The notes beneath the pieces were generated by a model. The model made no database searches and had not been told where the DNA came from. It worked only from the letters and a program-made list of their open reading frames with translations. This document shows, piece after piece, positions 27,380 through 36,789 of a DNA stretch of 46,502 nt. The DNA comes from a bacterium (lineage in GTDB: Bacteria; JAJRZV01). The stretch's first letter is position 1. Each line of letters starts with the position of its first letter. Location of the stretch: contig JAJRZV010000102.1 in assembly GCA_024275095.1 (NCBI GenBank), positions 1 to 46,502 on the forward strand. The letters run 5' to 3'. A program made the position numbers and the translations under genes.

Positions 27380-27907
27380 ATGGCTCACAAAGGTTTTACC
27401 GTCTGGTTTACAGGGCTTCCCTGTTCCGGTAAAAGCACCCTTGCCCGGCTTCTGGAAAAAGAACTTCGAGCACGAGGTAAATACGTGGAGGTGCTGGACG
27501 GAGACGAAGTGCGGCAGAGACTCTCCAGGGGACTGGGGTTCTCAAAAGAAGACCGTGATGAAAATATCCGGCGTATTTCTTACGTGTGCAAGCTTCTCAG
27601 CCGCAACGGCGTGGTTGCCATTGCCGCCGCTATTTCTCCTTACAAAGCTGTCCGGGAAGAGGCACGTGCTGAAATCGAGAACTTTGTAGAGGTTTACGTA
27701 AAGTGTCCGGTGGAAGTATGTGCTGAAAGAGACGTGAAAGGGCTGTACAAGAAAGCACTTCGAGGTGAAATAAAAAATTTCACCGGAGTTTCAGATCCCT
27801 ATGAACCACCAGACAATCCAGAAGTAATTGTTGAAACAGACAAGGAAACAACAGAGGAAAGCGTCAACAAGATCCTTTCTAAATTGAAAGAGATGGGGCT
27901 TTTATAA
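27380..27907 (+). CDS. cysC: Adenylyl-sulfate kinase
   Basis: [31 protein letters not shown] and [11 protein letters not shown] motifs. Confidence 0.95.
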   Translation: MAHKGFTVWFTGLPCSGKSTLARLLEKELRARGKYVEVLDGDEVRQRLSRGLGFSKEDRDENIRRISYVCKLLSRNGVVAIAAAISPYKAVREEARAEIENFVEVYVKCPVEVCAERDVKGLYKKALRGEIKNFTGVSDPYEPPDNPEVIVETDKETTEESVNKILSKLKEMGLL

Positions 27908-28032
27908 TCCACAACAACTGGCGATTTCTTCGTCAGCGCTGCTAGTAATGATGATTTTGCTTGAGAAAAACACATTCTGTTGTAATATTTTTGAGTAGCG
28001 TTCATAGAAAAATGAAGGAAAGAAGGAAAACA

Positions 28033-29043
28033 ATGTGGTTGATACGGTGGGTATGTATGATTGTGGCGTGTGTCTTCTTTCCGACAGGCACTTCTTCAGC
28101 TGGTGAAAAGATTCTCATCAAATTAGCGGGTCTTGCACCTGAGGGGTCCGTGTACATGGATGTTGCGCATCAATTTGAAAAAGCAGTGGAAAAGCGCACA
28201 GGCGGGCGTGTGGACATCCGATGGTACAGCGGCGGAGTACTTGGAGATGAAAAGGACCTCATAAGGCTTATCAAAATCGGGCAGATTCACGGAGCAGCGA
28301 TTACAGGCATGGGAGCTGGTTACATTGACATGTCCCTGAGAGCGCTTGAAATCCCCTTTCTGGTGAGAAGTTACCAGGAAGCAGATTCTCTCCTGCAAAA
28401 ACTTTTACCCATCATACGCAAGCGTGCAGAAAAGCGGGGTTTTGTGGTACTCGATCCGTCCGAGGCAGGTTTCGTTTATATCTTTACCGTAAAGCGACCT
28501 TTCAGAACGTTCAATGACCTGAGAGGTTGTCGCTTGTGGATATGGGGGGATGACCCATTTGCCGTGGAACTGGGCAAGCAGTTTGACGGCGTGATTCCTG
28601 TACTTCTTCCACTGACGGATCTTTTGATGGCGCTTTCAGCCGGGATCGTGGATTGCGTGTATTTCACCCCCATGGCTGTTATCGCTTTTCAACTGCACAC
28701 CCGATTGAAATACATGACCGAACTTCCCGTCACCTACGGGAGTGGATGGTTCGTCGTCAGCAAGTCGTTCTTATACTCCCTGCCGGCCGACATCAGGGAG
28801 GCCTTTATTACAGAATCTCACAAATATTTCGGCAATATTAAACAGCAGATTCGCAAGGACAACGCGCGTGCGCTTGCAGGTCTTAAAGACATCGGTATAA
28901 AAATCATTCAACCGAACCCTGACATCAAACCCCAACTCCAAAGCCTGCGGACTACAGCGTTCAACCACTTCGGCAAAAAATTCATGCCTCCGGAAATCGT
29001 TGAGGCCGTAAAAAAGGCAATGCCCGAGCTCGCCGCTGAATAA
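28033..29043 (+). CDS. dctP: TRAP transporter substrate-binding protein (DctP family)
   Basis: Signal peptide, IKLAGLAPEGS, GGVLGDE...GQIHG and DLRG.RLWIW motifs; ATG at 28033. Confidence 0.8.
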   Translation: MWLIRWVCMIVACVFFPTGTSSAGEKILIKLAGLAPEGSVYMDVAHQFEKAVEKRTGGRVDIRWYSGGVLGDEKDLIRLIKIGQIHGAAITGMGAGYIDMSLRALEIPFLVRSYQEADSLLQKLLPIIRKRAEKRGFVVLDPSEAGFVYIFTVKRPFRTFNDLRGCRLWIWGDDPFAVELGKQFDGVIPVLLPLTDLLMALSAGIVDCVYFTPMAVIAFQLHTRLKYMTELPVTYGSGWFVVSKSFLYSLPADIREAFITESHKYFGNIKQQIRKDNARALAGLKDIGIKIIQPNPDIKPQLQSLRTTAFNHFGKKFMPPEIVEAVKKAMPELAAE

Positions 29044-29141
29044 AAACACCATATCACAAATACGCTCAGTGCCTTAAAGCACATCAACGTGCTCGCTGGA
29101 TTGAACCGGCCTGAACCTATATCATTATCACAACTTCAAAA

Positions 29142-30044
29142 GTGAAAAGAGCAGTGAACAAGCCTAACTCACAGGTGAACAAAAGCGTTGAGGATCCAGA
29201 ACTGGATACCACTATTGTGGATGTACACGTCCACATTTTTCCAGACAGGTTTTTCGATCGCATATGGAAGTACTTTGAAAAACATTACTGGCCTGTAGCG
29301 TATAAAAAATATGCTCACGATCTGGCAAAGATTCTGCGCACGCGTGTGAGTCGATACACAACGTTGTGTTACGCGCATAAACCTTCTGTTGCGAGAGAGC
29401 TTAACGAATTTGTACTAAACTACGCACAAAAGCATCCAGAGGCCATTCCAGTGGGTACGTTCCACCTCGAGGACAAAGACCTGGAGAGTTACGTAGAGGA
29501 AGCTGTATCACGGGGAATAAAAGGGTTTAAGGTACACCTCGAAGTACAGAACTTTGACCCTGCACATCCACGACTGCGTTACGTTTATAAATTGATGGCA
29601 GAAGCCGGGTGTGTGCTTCACATCCACTCTGCGCGAACCCCTGTCCCATGCGAATGGACAGGGGTTGCTCATTTTCGACGTGTTGTGAAGATGGCTCCTG
29701 ACCTGAAAATCGTTGTGGCACACGGAGGGTATCCCGAATTTGAAGAATACCTTATACTCGCCAGAGACCATCCTGTATATTTTGACCTGGCCATGGTGGG
29801 GGTGGATTTTCCTCTTATATGGGATATCCCTGAGACTCAAATAGAAACTATTGCGCGATTCCCCGACAAATTTGCTTTCGGCTCAGACTTTCCCAACATC
29901 CCTTATCAGTGGGAAAAGCAGGTGGAAACCGTTCGATCGTGGAATCTGGGAGCAGAAGCAGAGTCTTTTATTTTCTGGCGCACGGCCGCTACAATTTACG
30001 GCCTGCCAAGTGGAAAAAGGATGGAGTCAAGAATCAACCAATGA
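29142..30044 (+). CDS. Amidohydrolase-family protein
   Basis: DVHVH, GFKVH, IVVAHGG and FGSDFP motifs. Confidence 0.88.
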   Translation: MKRAVNKPNSQVNKSVEDPELDTTIVDVHVHIFPDRFFDRIWKYFEKHYWPVAYKKYAHDLAKILRTRVSRYTTLCYAHKPSVARELNEFVLNYAQKHPEAIPVGTFHLEDKDLESYVEEAVSRGIKGFKVHLEVQNFDPAHPRLRYVYKLMAEAGCVLHIHSARTPVPCEWTGVAHFRRVVKMAPDLKIVVAHGGYPEFEEYLILARDHPVYFDLAMVGVDFPLIWDIPETQIETIARFPDKFAFGSDFPNIPYQWEKQVETVRSWNLGAEAESFIFWRTAATIYGLPSGKRMESRINQ

Positions 30045-30781
30045 CACTTTTAGCATTTATTGTGCTCTTCTCTTTTCTCGCCAGCATTGGAGCTGTTACA
30101 GTAGCTGCGGTTTTGCTCCTGCTCGGCCAGGAGAAACGGGCACGGGTCGTACCTGCTTTAACAAGTTTTGCAGCGGGTGTACTCCTGGCCTCTGCTACTG
30201 TTGGGCTCTTGCCCGAAGCTGCCAGCAAAGCGGGAATTCATTATGTTATGGAGACGCTTCTTGCAGGACTTTTCTTGTTTTTTGCCCTGGAAAAATTGTT
30301 GCTGTGGCGTCACTGCCACGATGAGGAGTGCGAAACACACGGAGAAATGTCGGGAGTACTCGTTCTAATAGGAGACGCGTTCCACAATTTCGTGGATGGT
30401 GTGATCCTTTCATTGGCGTTTCTCTCGGGAAAGGAGATAGGCTACATGGTGGCTGCGGCTGTCATCGCTCACGAGGTTCCACAGGAAATAGGCGATTTTG
30501 CGGTACTGCTTCACTCTGGACTGCCTCCACGAAAAGCTTATGGACTTAATGTACTCTCAAGTACAACCACTTTTGCCGGGGCGCTGCTGGGATACTTTTT
30601 TCTCCCTCTTATAACACCCCTGCTTCCCTACGTGATGGCTCTGGCTGCTGCGAGTTTTCTATACGTGGCCATGGCCGATATTATCCCTGTCCTGCATCGT
30701 GAAACATCGACACATGCTGTGCTCATACAGCTAATGCTCATGCTCACCGGAGCCATTACAATCATCGCTATACACCATTGA
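30041..30781 (+). CDS. ZIP-family metal transporter
   Basis: GDAFHNFVDG and HEVPQEIGDF motifs; ATGA overlap with the upstream stop. Confidence 0.92.
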   Translation: MTLLAFIVLFSFLASIGAVTVAAVLLLLGQEKRARVVPALTSFAAGVLLASATVGLLPEAASKAGIHYVMETLLAGLFLFFALEKLLLWRHCHDEECETHGEMSGVLVLIGDAFHNFVDGVILSLAFLSGKEIGYMVAAAVIAHEVPQEIGDFAVLLHSGLPPRKAYGLNVLSSTTTFAGALLGYFFLPLITPLLPYVMALAAASFLYVAMADIIPVLHRETSTHAVLIQLMLMLTGAITIIAIHH

Positions 30782-30838
30782 ATTCACTGAAAAACTGAAT
30801 GTTCCCCCATTGCAGCAGCTACTGAAAATACTTGATTA

Positions 30839-30856
30839 TGAGTGAACGTTCATTCA
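30839..30856. promoter_or_regulatory. Palindromic operator (FadR/TetR-type box) upstream of fadN
   Basis: TGAGTGAACGTTCATTCA, 18 bp with one mismatch, between TTGATT (30832) and CAAAAT (30855). Confidence 0.65.
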
Positions 30857-30936
30857 AAATAAATCCCTGCCAGCGGTAAAATACGGGCCTGCAAAAACGC
30901 GGCAGGCCGAAAAAAACAGAAAGGAGGGGTGTTGCC

Positions 30937-33339
30937 ATGAGGGATATCAAAAAAGTGGCTGTCCTGGGAGCAGGGGTCATGGGAAGCGGCATCGCCGCTC
31001 ATCTGGCAAATGCGGGGGTTAAAGTACTTCTTCTGGATATTGTACCCCCTGACCTCAAACCCGAAGAAAAAGAAGACCGTAACGCCAGAAATCGCTTTGC
31101 CATGAACGGACTCCAGAACGCGTTAAAAGCGAAACCCGCAGCCTTCTACGTGAAAGACAATGCCGAATTGATTGAAGTAGGAAATTTTGAAGATGATCTG
31201 GAAAAAATCAAAGACTGTGACTGGGTAATCGAAGCCGTCATCGAAAACCTGGAAATCAAGCGGAAGCTCTTCGAGCAGGTGGACAAACATCGGGGGGAAA
31301 ACACCATCGTCACATCCAACACCTCCGGCCTCTCCCTGGAAAAGATGATCGAAGGCAGAACCGAGGGGTTTCGCAAGCACTTCTTCATCACGCACTTTTT
31401 TAATCCCGTACGCTACATGAAGCTCCTGGAGATTATCCCCGGAAAGGACACCGATCCTGAACTGGTTGACTTCATCGTTAACTTTGCCACCTGGAAACTG
31501 GGCAAAGGTATTGTTTACGGCAAGGACACACCCAACTTTATTGCCAACCGCATTGGTGTTTATGGAATGATGAAAACCATCCACCTCATGGTGGAGATGG
31601 GCTACGAAGTAGACGAGGTTGATGCCATTGTAGGACCGGCACTGGGAAGGCCGCGTTCGGCAGCATTCGGCACGGCAGATTTAGTCGGTCTCGACACGTT
31701 TCTGCATGTTGCACATACTGTATATGAGAATTGTCCTGACGATGAAGAAAGGGATGTGTTCAAAGAACCGGATTTCCTCAAGCACATGGTCGAGAACCAA
31801 CTGCTCGGTCGTAAAAGCGGCGCAGGGTTTTACAAGCGCGAAAAGGACCCGGATACCGGCGAAAAGAAAAAACTTGTATTCGATTACAAAAATCTTTCTT
31901 ACAGGGAAGCGAAGAAATACGACTATGAGTCTCTCAAAGCAGCAAAGGGCATTCACGATGTTGATGAGCGGGTACGCAAGGTTGTGTTCGCCGAAGACAG
32001 AGCGGGACTCTTCGCATGGAAGGTAATGGCGCACACACTTATTTACGCTGCCAACCGTCTTGGCGAAATTGCTGATGATATTGTGAACATTGATAATGCC
32101 ATGAAATGGGGATTTAACTGGACCCGGGGGCCTTTTGAAACGTGGAATGCTCTCGGAGTTAAAAAAGTTGTCGAGCGCATGGAACAGGAAGGGATGAATG
32201 TTCCTGGCTGGGTAAAGGAAATGCTTGATGCTGGCCATGAAGCATTTTACGTGGAAAAGGACGGGGTCCTTCACTACTGGGACCCTCAAAGCAAATCTTA
32301 CAAGCCTGTCCCCAGGCCCAAGGAACTCATTATTCTCAAAGACCTCAAGAAGGACAAGAAACGAATCGTGGCGAGCAATATGAGTGCATCACTGGTGGAT
32401 ATTGGCGATGATGTGCTCTGTCTCGAATTTCACAGTTATCTGGTACCCAACATGAATCCCATTGACGACGACATGGTGGACATGATGGATAAAGGTGTTG
32501 AAGAAGCAGAAAGGAACTTCAAGGGTCTCGTCATACACAACCAGTCAGAAAACTTCAGTGCCGGTGCCAATGTAATGCTGCTCCTCATGTCAGCCCGCAA
32601 TAAAGACTGGGACAAAATCAACGACATCGTCAGCCGCTTCCAGATGGCAAATCTGAAACTTCGTAGGAGCAAGGTGCCTGTTGTCGCTGCTCCTTTTGGA
32701 TTCACACTGGGTGGCGGAGCTGAGGTGGTGATGGGTGCTGATAGAGTATGTGCGGCAGCGGAAACGTACATGGGTCTTGTGGAGGTGGGTGTGGGTCTCA
32801 TCCCGGGTGGCGGAGGGACATTAGACCTTCTCATAAGAAATCTTGAAGGAATAGACGAGCCAATCCTTTCAAACCTGCCTTTTATACGTAACGCTTTTGA
32901 AACCATAGCCATGGCAAAGGTGGCAAGCAGTGGTGAAGAAGCAAAGAAAATGAAGTTTCTGCGGTCAAACGACAAAATCGTACCCAACCGCGACCTGCAA
33001 CTTCACGTGGCCAAGCAGATGGTCATTGGAATGTACAACGAGGGTTATGAGCCTCCGAAGTCCGTGAAATTACACCTGCCGGGTCTGGACGGCGTGGCTA
33101 CGTTCAAGGTCGTTCTGCGCAACCTCAGGCAAACGCATCAGATCACGGAATATGAGGAAAAAATCGGTGAGAAACTGGCTTATGTACTGTGCGGTGGTGA
33201 TACACATATCAGCCATCCACTCAGTGAAGAGTACATCCTTGAACTGGAAAGAGAGGCATTCGTCAGCCTCTGCGGTGAAGAAAAAACCCAGGAGAGAATG
33301 GAATACTTCCTCAAGCACAATAAACCACTGAGGAATTAA
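30937..33339 (+). CDS. fadN: 3-hydroxyacyl-CoA dehydrogenase/enoyl-CoA hydratase, FadN-type
   Basis: VLGAGVMG, SNTSG, HFFNPVRY, NFSAGAN, LGGGAE and GLVEVGVGLIP motifs; C-terminal KPLRN. Confidence 0.9.
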   Translation: MRDIKKVAVLGAGVMGSGIAAHLANAGVKVLLLDIVPPDLKPEEKEDRNARNRFAMNGLQNALKAKPAAFYVKDNAELIEVGNFEDDLEKIKDCDWVIEAVIENLEIKRKLFEQVDKHRGENTIVTSNTSGLSLEKMIEGRTEGFRKHFFITHFFNPVRYMKLLEIIPGKDTDPELVDFIVNFATWKLGKGIVYGKDTPNFIANRIGVYGMMKTIHLMVEMGYEVDEVDAIVGPALGRPRSAAFGTADLVGLDTFLHVAHTVYENCPDDEERDVFKEPDFLKHMVENQLLGRKSGAGFYKREKDPDTGEKKKLVFDYKNLSYREAKKYDYESLKAAKGIHDVDERVRKVVFAEDRAGLFAWKVMAHTLIYAANRLGEIADDIVNIDNAMKWGFNWTRGPFETWNALGVKKVVERMEQEGMNVPGWVKEMLDAGHEAFYVEKDGVLHYWDPQSKSYKPVPRPKELIILKDLKKDKKRIVASNMSASLVDIGDDVLCLEFHSYLVPNMNPIDDDMVDMMDKGVEEAERNFKGLVIHNQSENFSAGANVMLLLMSARNKDWDKINDIVSRFQMANLKLRRSKVPVVAAPFGFTLGGGAEVVMGADRVCAAAETYMGLVEVGVGLIPGGGGTLDLLIRNLEGIDEPILSNLPFIRNAFETIAMAKVASSGEEAKKMKFLRSNDKIVPNRDLQLHVAKQMVIGMYNEGYEPPKSVKLHLPGLDGVATFKVVLRNLRQTHQITEYEEKIGEKLAYVLCGGDTHISHPLSEEYILELEREAFVSLCGEEKTQERMEYFLKHNKPLRN

Positions 33340-33390
33340 TGGAATGAAATCTGGAAGGTTTAACAGAACAATTAGTGAGGAGGTGCCACA

Positions 33391-34557
33391 ATGAAAAATG
33401 CGGTCATCGTTGCGGCTGCCAGAAGCCCCATTGCCAGGGCTCGCAGGGGCAGCCTTAAAGATACGCGGCCAGAGGACTTTGCAGCTCAGGTTCTGCAGGG
33501 TCTCATGAAAAAAGTAGAGGGTAAGGTTGAGTACGCAGATGTGGACGACATCATCATGGGCTGTGCATTTCCCGAGGGTGAGCAGGGGATGAACGTGGCG
33601 CGTATTATTGCTTTGCACGCGGGTTTTCCCGATTCTGTTCCAGCCGAAACCATCAATCGGTTTTGCAGTTCAGGATCTCAAAGTATCGCTCACGCGGCTG
33701 ACAGTATCAAAGCCGGTAACGCTGATATCGTTATTGCAGGTGGAGTAGAGTCCATGACCATGGTGCCCATGGGTGGACTCAAGCCCATATCCAACTGGAA
33801 TGTTCTTGAAAAAGTACCTGACATGTACGTGTACATGGGTACAACCGCCGAGGAAGTTGCACGACGGTTTAACATCTCACGCGAGGAACAAGATCGGTTT
33901 GCGTATGAAAGTCACATGAAAGCCATCAAAGCTATTGACGAAGGTAAATTCAAAGACGAAATTATTCCCATTAAAACACGCGTGTTCAAAAACGGGAAAT
34001 GGGAAGAGATTGTGTTCGATACAGATGAATGTCCCAGACGTGACACAAGCCTTGAAAGTCTTGCCAAACTGAGGCCGGCATTCGACCCTACCGGAACCGT
34101 AACCGCAGGCAACTCATCACCTCTCAACGATGGTGCTGCATTCGTAATGCTGATGAGTGAAGAAGAAGCAAAAAAACGCGGGCTGGAAATTCTTGCCTAT
34201 GTGCGCAACTGGGCGGTTGCTGGCGTAGATCCGCTTATCATGGGTATCGGTCCTGTAAAAGCAGTGCCCAAACTGCTGGAGAGAACAGGACTCTCACTGG
34301 AAGATATAGACCTTTTTGAACTCAACGAGGCCTTTGCTTCTCAGTCAGTGTACTGTGTAAAAGAACTCGGGCTTGACCCTGCAAAAGTGAATGTTAACGG
34401 TGGTGCTATTGCATTGGGCCATCCACTCGGGTGTACAGGAGCTTATCTCACGGCTAAACTCGTATACGAAATGAAAAGAAGAAATGCCAAGCGCGGCATT
34501 GTAACAATGTGTATAGGTGGAGGCATGGGCTTCGCCATCCTTTACGAAAGGGAGTGA
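33391..34557 (+). CDS. fadA: Acetyl-CoA C-acyltransferase (thiolase)
   Basis: NRFCSSG, NEAFA, GHPLG and MCIGGG motifs. Confidence 0.92.
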   Translation: MKNAVIVAAARSPIARARRGSLKDTRPEDFAAQVLQGLMKKVEGKVEYADVDDIIMGCAFPEGEQGMNVARIIALHAGFPDSVPAETINRFCSSGSQSIAHAADSIKAGNADIVIAGGVESMTMVPMGGLKPISNWNVLEKVPDMYVYMGTTAEEVARRFNISREEQDRFAYESHMKAIKAIDEGKFKDEIIPIKTRVFKNGKWEEIVFDTDECPRRDTSLESLAKLRPAFDPTGTVTAGNSSPLNDGAAFVMLMSEEEAKKRGLEILAYVRNWAVAGVDPLIMGIGPVKAVPKLLERTGLSLEDIDLFELNEAFASQSVYCVKELGLDPAKVNVNGGAIALGHPLGCTGAYLTAKLVYEMKRRNAKRGIVTMCIGGGMGFAILYERE

Positions 34558-34602
34558 TAGCACAGTAAGCACATCCTGGATATCAAACAAGGCCTGTTTC
34601 TG

Positions 34603-34631
34603 AGCCGGCACCGCACGGTGTCGGCTTTTTT
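34603..34631 (+). terminator. Rho-independent terminator after fadA
   Basis: AGCCGGCACC-GCAC-GGTGTCGGCT followed by a T-run. Confidence 0.85.
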
Positions 34632-34660
34632 ATTTACTATTCACAATGCTGTTGAAGAGG

Positions 34661-34716
34661 TTGACATATTCATTAAAATTTTATATCCTAATAATTAGTA
34701 ATCCTAATTATTAGGA
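34661..34716 (+). promoter_or_regulatory. Sigma70 promoter with overlapping 13-bp inverted-repeat operator
   Basis: TTGACA (34661), 17-nt spacer, TATCCT (34684); TCCTAATAATTAG-N5-CTAATTATTAGGA at 34686-34716. Confidence 0.7.
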
Positions 34717-34743
34717 CCGGGAAAATTACCACGGGAGGTTGCA

Positions 34744-35520
34744 TTGAAAGTAAAAAGGCAAATCATCGTGATTGATGAAGAAAAGTGCGATGGGTGCGGA
34801 CTCTGTATTCCAGCTTGTCATGAGGGCGCTCTCGCAATAGTGGAAACTCCGAATGGTCCCAAGGCCCGACTCGTTAAAGAAAATTTCTGCGATGGTCTTG
34901 GAGCATGTATCGGTGAATGTCCACGAGGCGCTATAAAGCTGGAGGAAAGAGAAGCTGAGCCGTTCGACGAAAAATCGGTGTTGCAGCAGCACAACACCTT
35001 TTCTGAAACACCGCTTCACGAACACTCACATGCTGAAGTTGCGGCGGAAGGCATTCAGCATCAGGCAATGGCCTGTCCGTCAGCAAGAGTTATGACCATG
35101 GAAGAGAAAAAGCCGGCACAGATTCGCTACACAACAATACAATCAGCACTGAGGCAGTGGCCCATTCAGCTACACCTCGTTCCGCCTACTGCTCCCTATT
35201 TTCAGAATGCTGATGTTATGCTCGTTGCTGATTGCGTTCCTTTTGCATATCCCAATTTTCACAGCGATTTCCTGAAGGATTACACCATTGCAATTGCCTG
35301 TCCAAAGCTCGATTACACGGATCCTTACGTAGATAAAATAGTCAAAATGATAGAACTTGGTAACATCAAAAGCCTTGCAGTGGCGATCATGGAAGTACCG
35401 TGTTGCATGGGACTTTTCCAGATGGCCCGGATGGCAGTAGAAGCCTCACACAGGAAAATACCATTGAGATTCGTGAGGGTCAGCATAAAAGGAGAGGTGC
35501 TGGAGGACCTTCAGGTGTGA
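34744..35520 (+). CDS. 4Fe-4S dicluster protein with Cys-rich C-terminal domain
   Basis: CDGCGLCIPAC, CDGLGACIGECP, LRQWPIQL, ADC, CPKLD and MEVPCC motifs; TTG start after GGAGG. Confidence 0.88.
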   Translation: MKVKRQIIVIDEEKCDGCGLCIPACHEGALAIVETPNGPKARLVKENFCDGLGACIGECPRGAIKLEEREAEPFDEKSVLQQHNTFSETPLHEHSHAEVAAEGIQHQAMACPSARVMTMEEKKPAQIRYTTIQSALRQWPIQLHLVPPTAPYFQNADVMLVADCVPFAYPNFHSDFLKDYTIAIACPKLDYTDPYVDKIVKMIELGNIKSLAVAIMEVPCCMGLFQMARMAVEASHRKIPLRFVRVSIKGEVLEDLQV

Positions 35521-36383
35521 ATTGCAGTTCAACATTGTACAGACCATCGGATTGTCCTGTGAACAGAAAATTTACGGGGCTTCTTCCATCTTTCAAAAAC
35601 ATTTTTCCTGCCCAGCACGGGGCATGGGCCGTGTTTGTTTCGGGGTTGATTATCGGTTTTGCCGGTGGCGGCGGCTTTGGAATTAAAGGAGCACTGTTTG
35701 CCATTGCTGCAATAAACGGGTTTCTTTTCAGGCATGCAGCTGGTCGCGCACTTAAAGAACATTTAACTACTGGAGCACTTGCCCCAGATAAAATGGTATG
35801 GACTGTTATTTTTTTATCTCTCTTCAGCATTACCGGGGCTGTGCTTCTGTTTTACTACCAGCTATGGATGCTCATAACATTTGGGTTCCTTGCAGGATTG
35901 TTGATTCTGCTGACGCTCTACATGGAACTTAAGCGAAAACATCTTTCCGCATCAGGTGAACTTCTCGGCATGCTCAGCCTCAGCATTGTCATTCCCGCCT
36001 CATACTATGTAACCAACGAGACAGTAGATACCACCTCCTGTACTCTGTGGTTGTCCGCCCTTTTTCTATACGCAGGTAGTGTTTTTCATGTGAGATACCT
36101 GGTGCGTGGAAGAAATGTTTTGAACGCAGACCTGTCTGCCAGAACAAAGGCAGCGAAAGAAACATTGCTATTGCATACAGGAGGATTGGCCACTGCTGTA
36201 ATTCTATCTGCAGGGAATATAATCCCACCTCTCGTACCTGTTGCGTTTATTCTACCGGTAGCCAGAGCCTACATTGCCGTGTTCAAACGATGGAAAAAAG
36301 TACCTCCTTTGAAACACATCGGATATTCCGAACTGTTCCACACAATAGTGTTCACTGTATTAATCCTTATTACAGCAACATAA
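35517..36383 (+). CDS. YwiC-like membrane protein
   Basis: PAQHGAW motif, multiple TM segments, C-terminal IGYSE. GTG 35517 overlaps the upstream stop; exact start uncertain. Confidence 0.75.
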   Translation: MNCSSTLYRPSDCPVNRKFTGLLPSFKNIFPAQHGAWAVFVSGLIIGFAGGGGFGIKGALFAIAAINGFLFRHAAGRALKEHLTTGALAPDKMVWTVIFLSLFSITGAVLLFYYQLWMLITFGFLAGLLILLTLYMELKRKHLSASGELLGMLSLSIVIPASYYVTNETVDTTSCTLWLSALFLYAGSVFHVRYLVRGRNVLNADLSARTKAAKETLLLHTGGLATAVILSAGNIIPPLVPVAFILPVARAYIAVFKRWKKVPPLKHIGYSELFHTIVFTVLILITAT

Positions 36384-36385
36384 AC

Positions 36386-36616
36386 GGGGTCTGGTCTCAG
36401 CATTGAACATTCGGAGTTCAATGCTGAGGTTTTACGGGTGTGGGACACGTGGGGGCATTGCTTCGGTCGCTCGCTTTTGCTCGCTCCTCGCAATGACAGA
36501 TGGGGCGGTGTCACTGCGAGCCGAAGGCAAAGCATTCTCCCGGTGCATGTGGTGGTGCGTCAATGGGGGCGTTTGGACCCGAGACTGCTTCGGTCGTTTC
36601 GTTCCTTCATAATGAC
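36386..36616. repeat. Composite REP-like palindromic repeat array, copy 2
   Basis: Same leader as at 5147 (39/44 identical) with a 13-bp stem CTCAGCATTGAAC/GTTCAATGCTGAG, then 3 ATTGCTTCG...CTCGCAATGAC-type units, the middle one inverted. Confidence 0.8.
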
Positions 36617-36789
36617 TTATAGGGTAAGAGAAAAAAGAAGGCCCCGTTAAAAGGGAATGGAGAAAAAATCCCTGGCGCAAGAAAAAAAGGAGAAATTTCT
36701 GTCAAAAGGAAGGCGATATGATGGTTCCGGGGATGTTATAATATTGGCCCTTCCATTGCAGGAGGTAGAGGAGCCGAAGCAGGGGGGGA

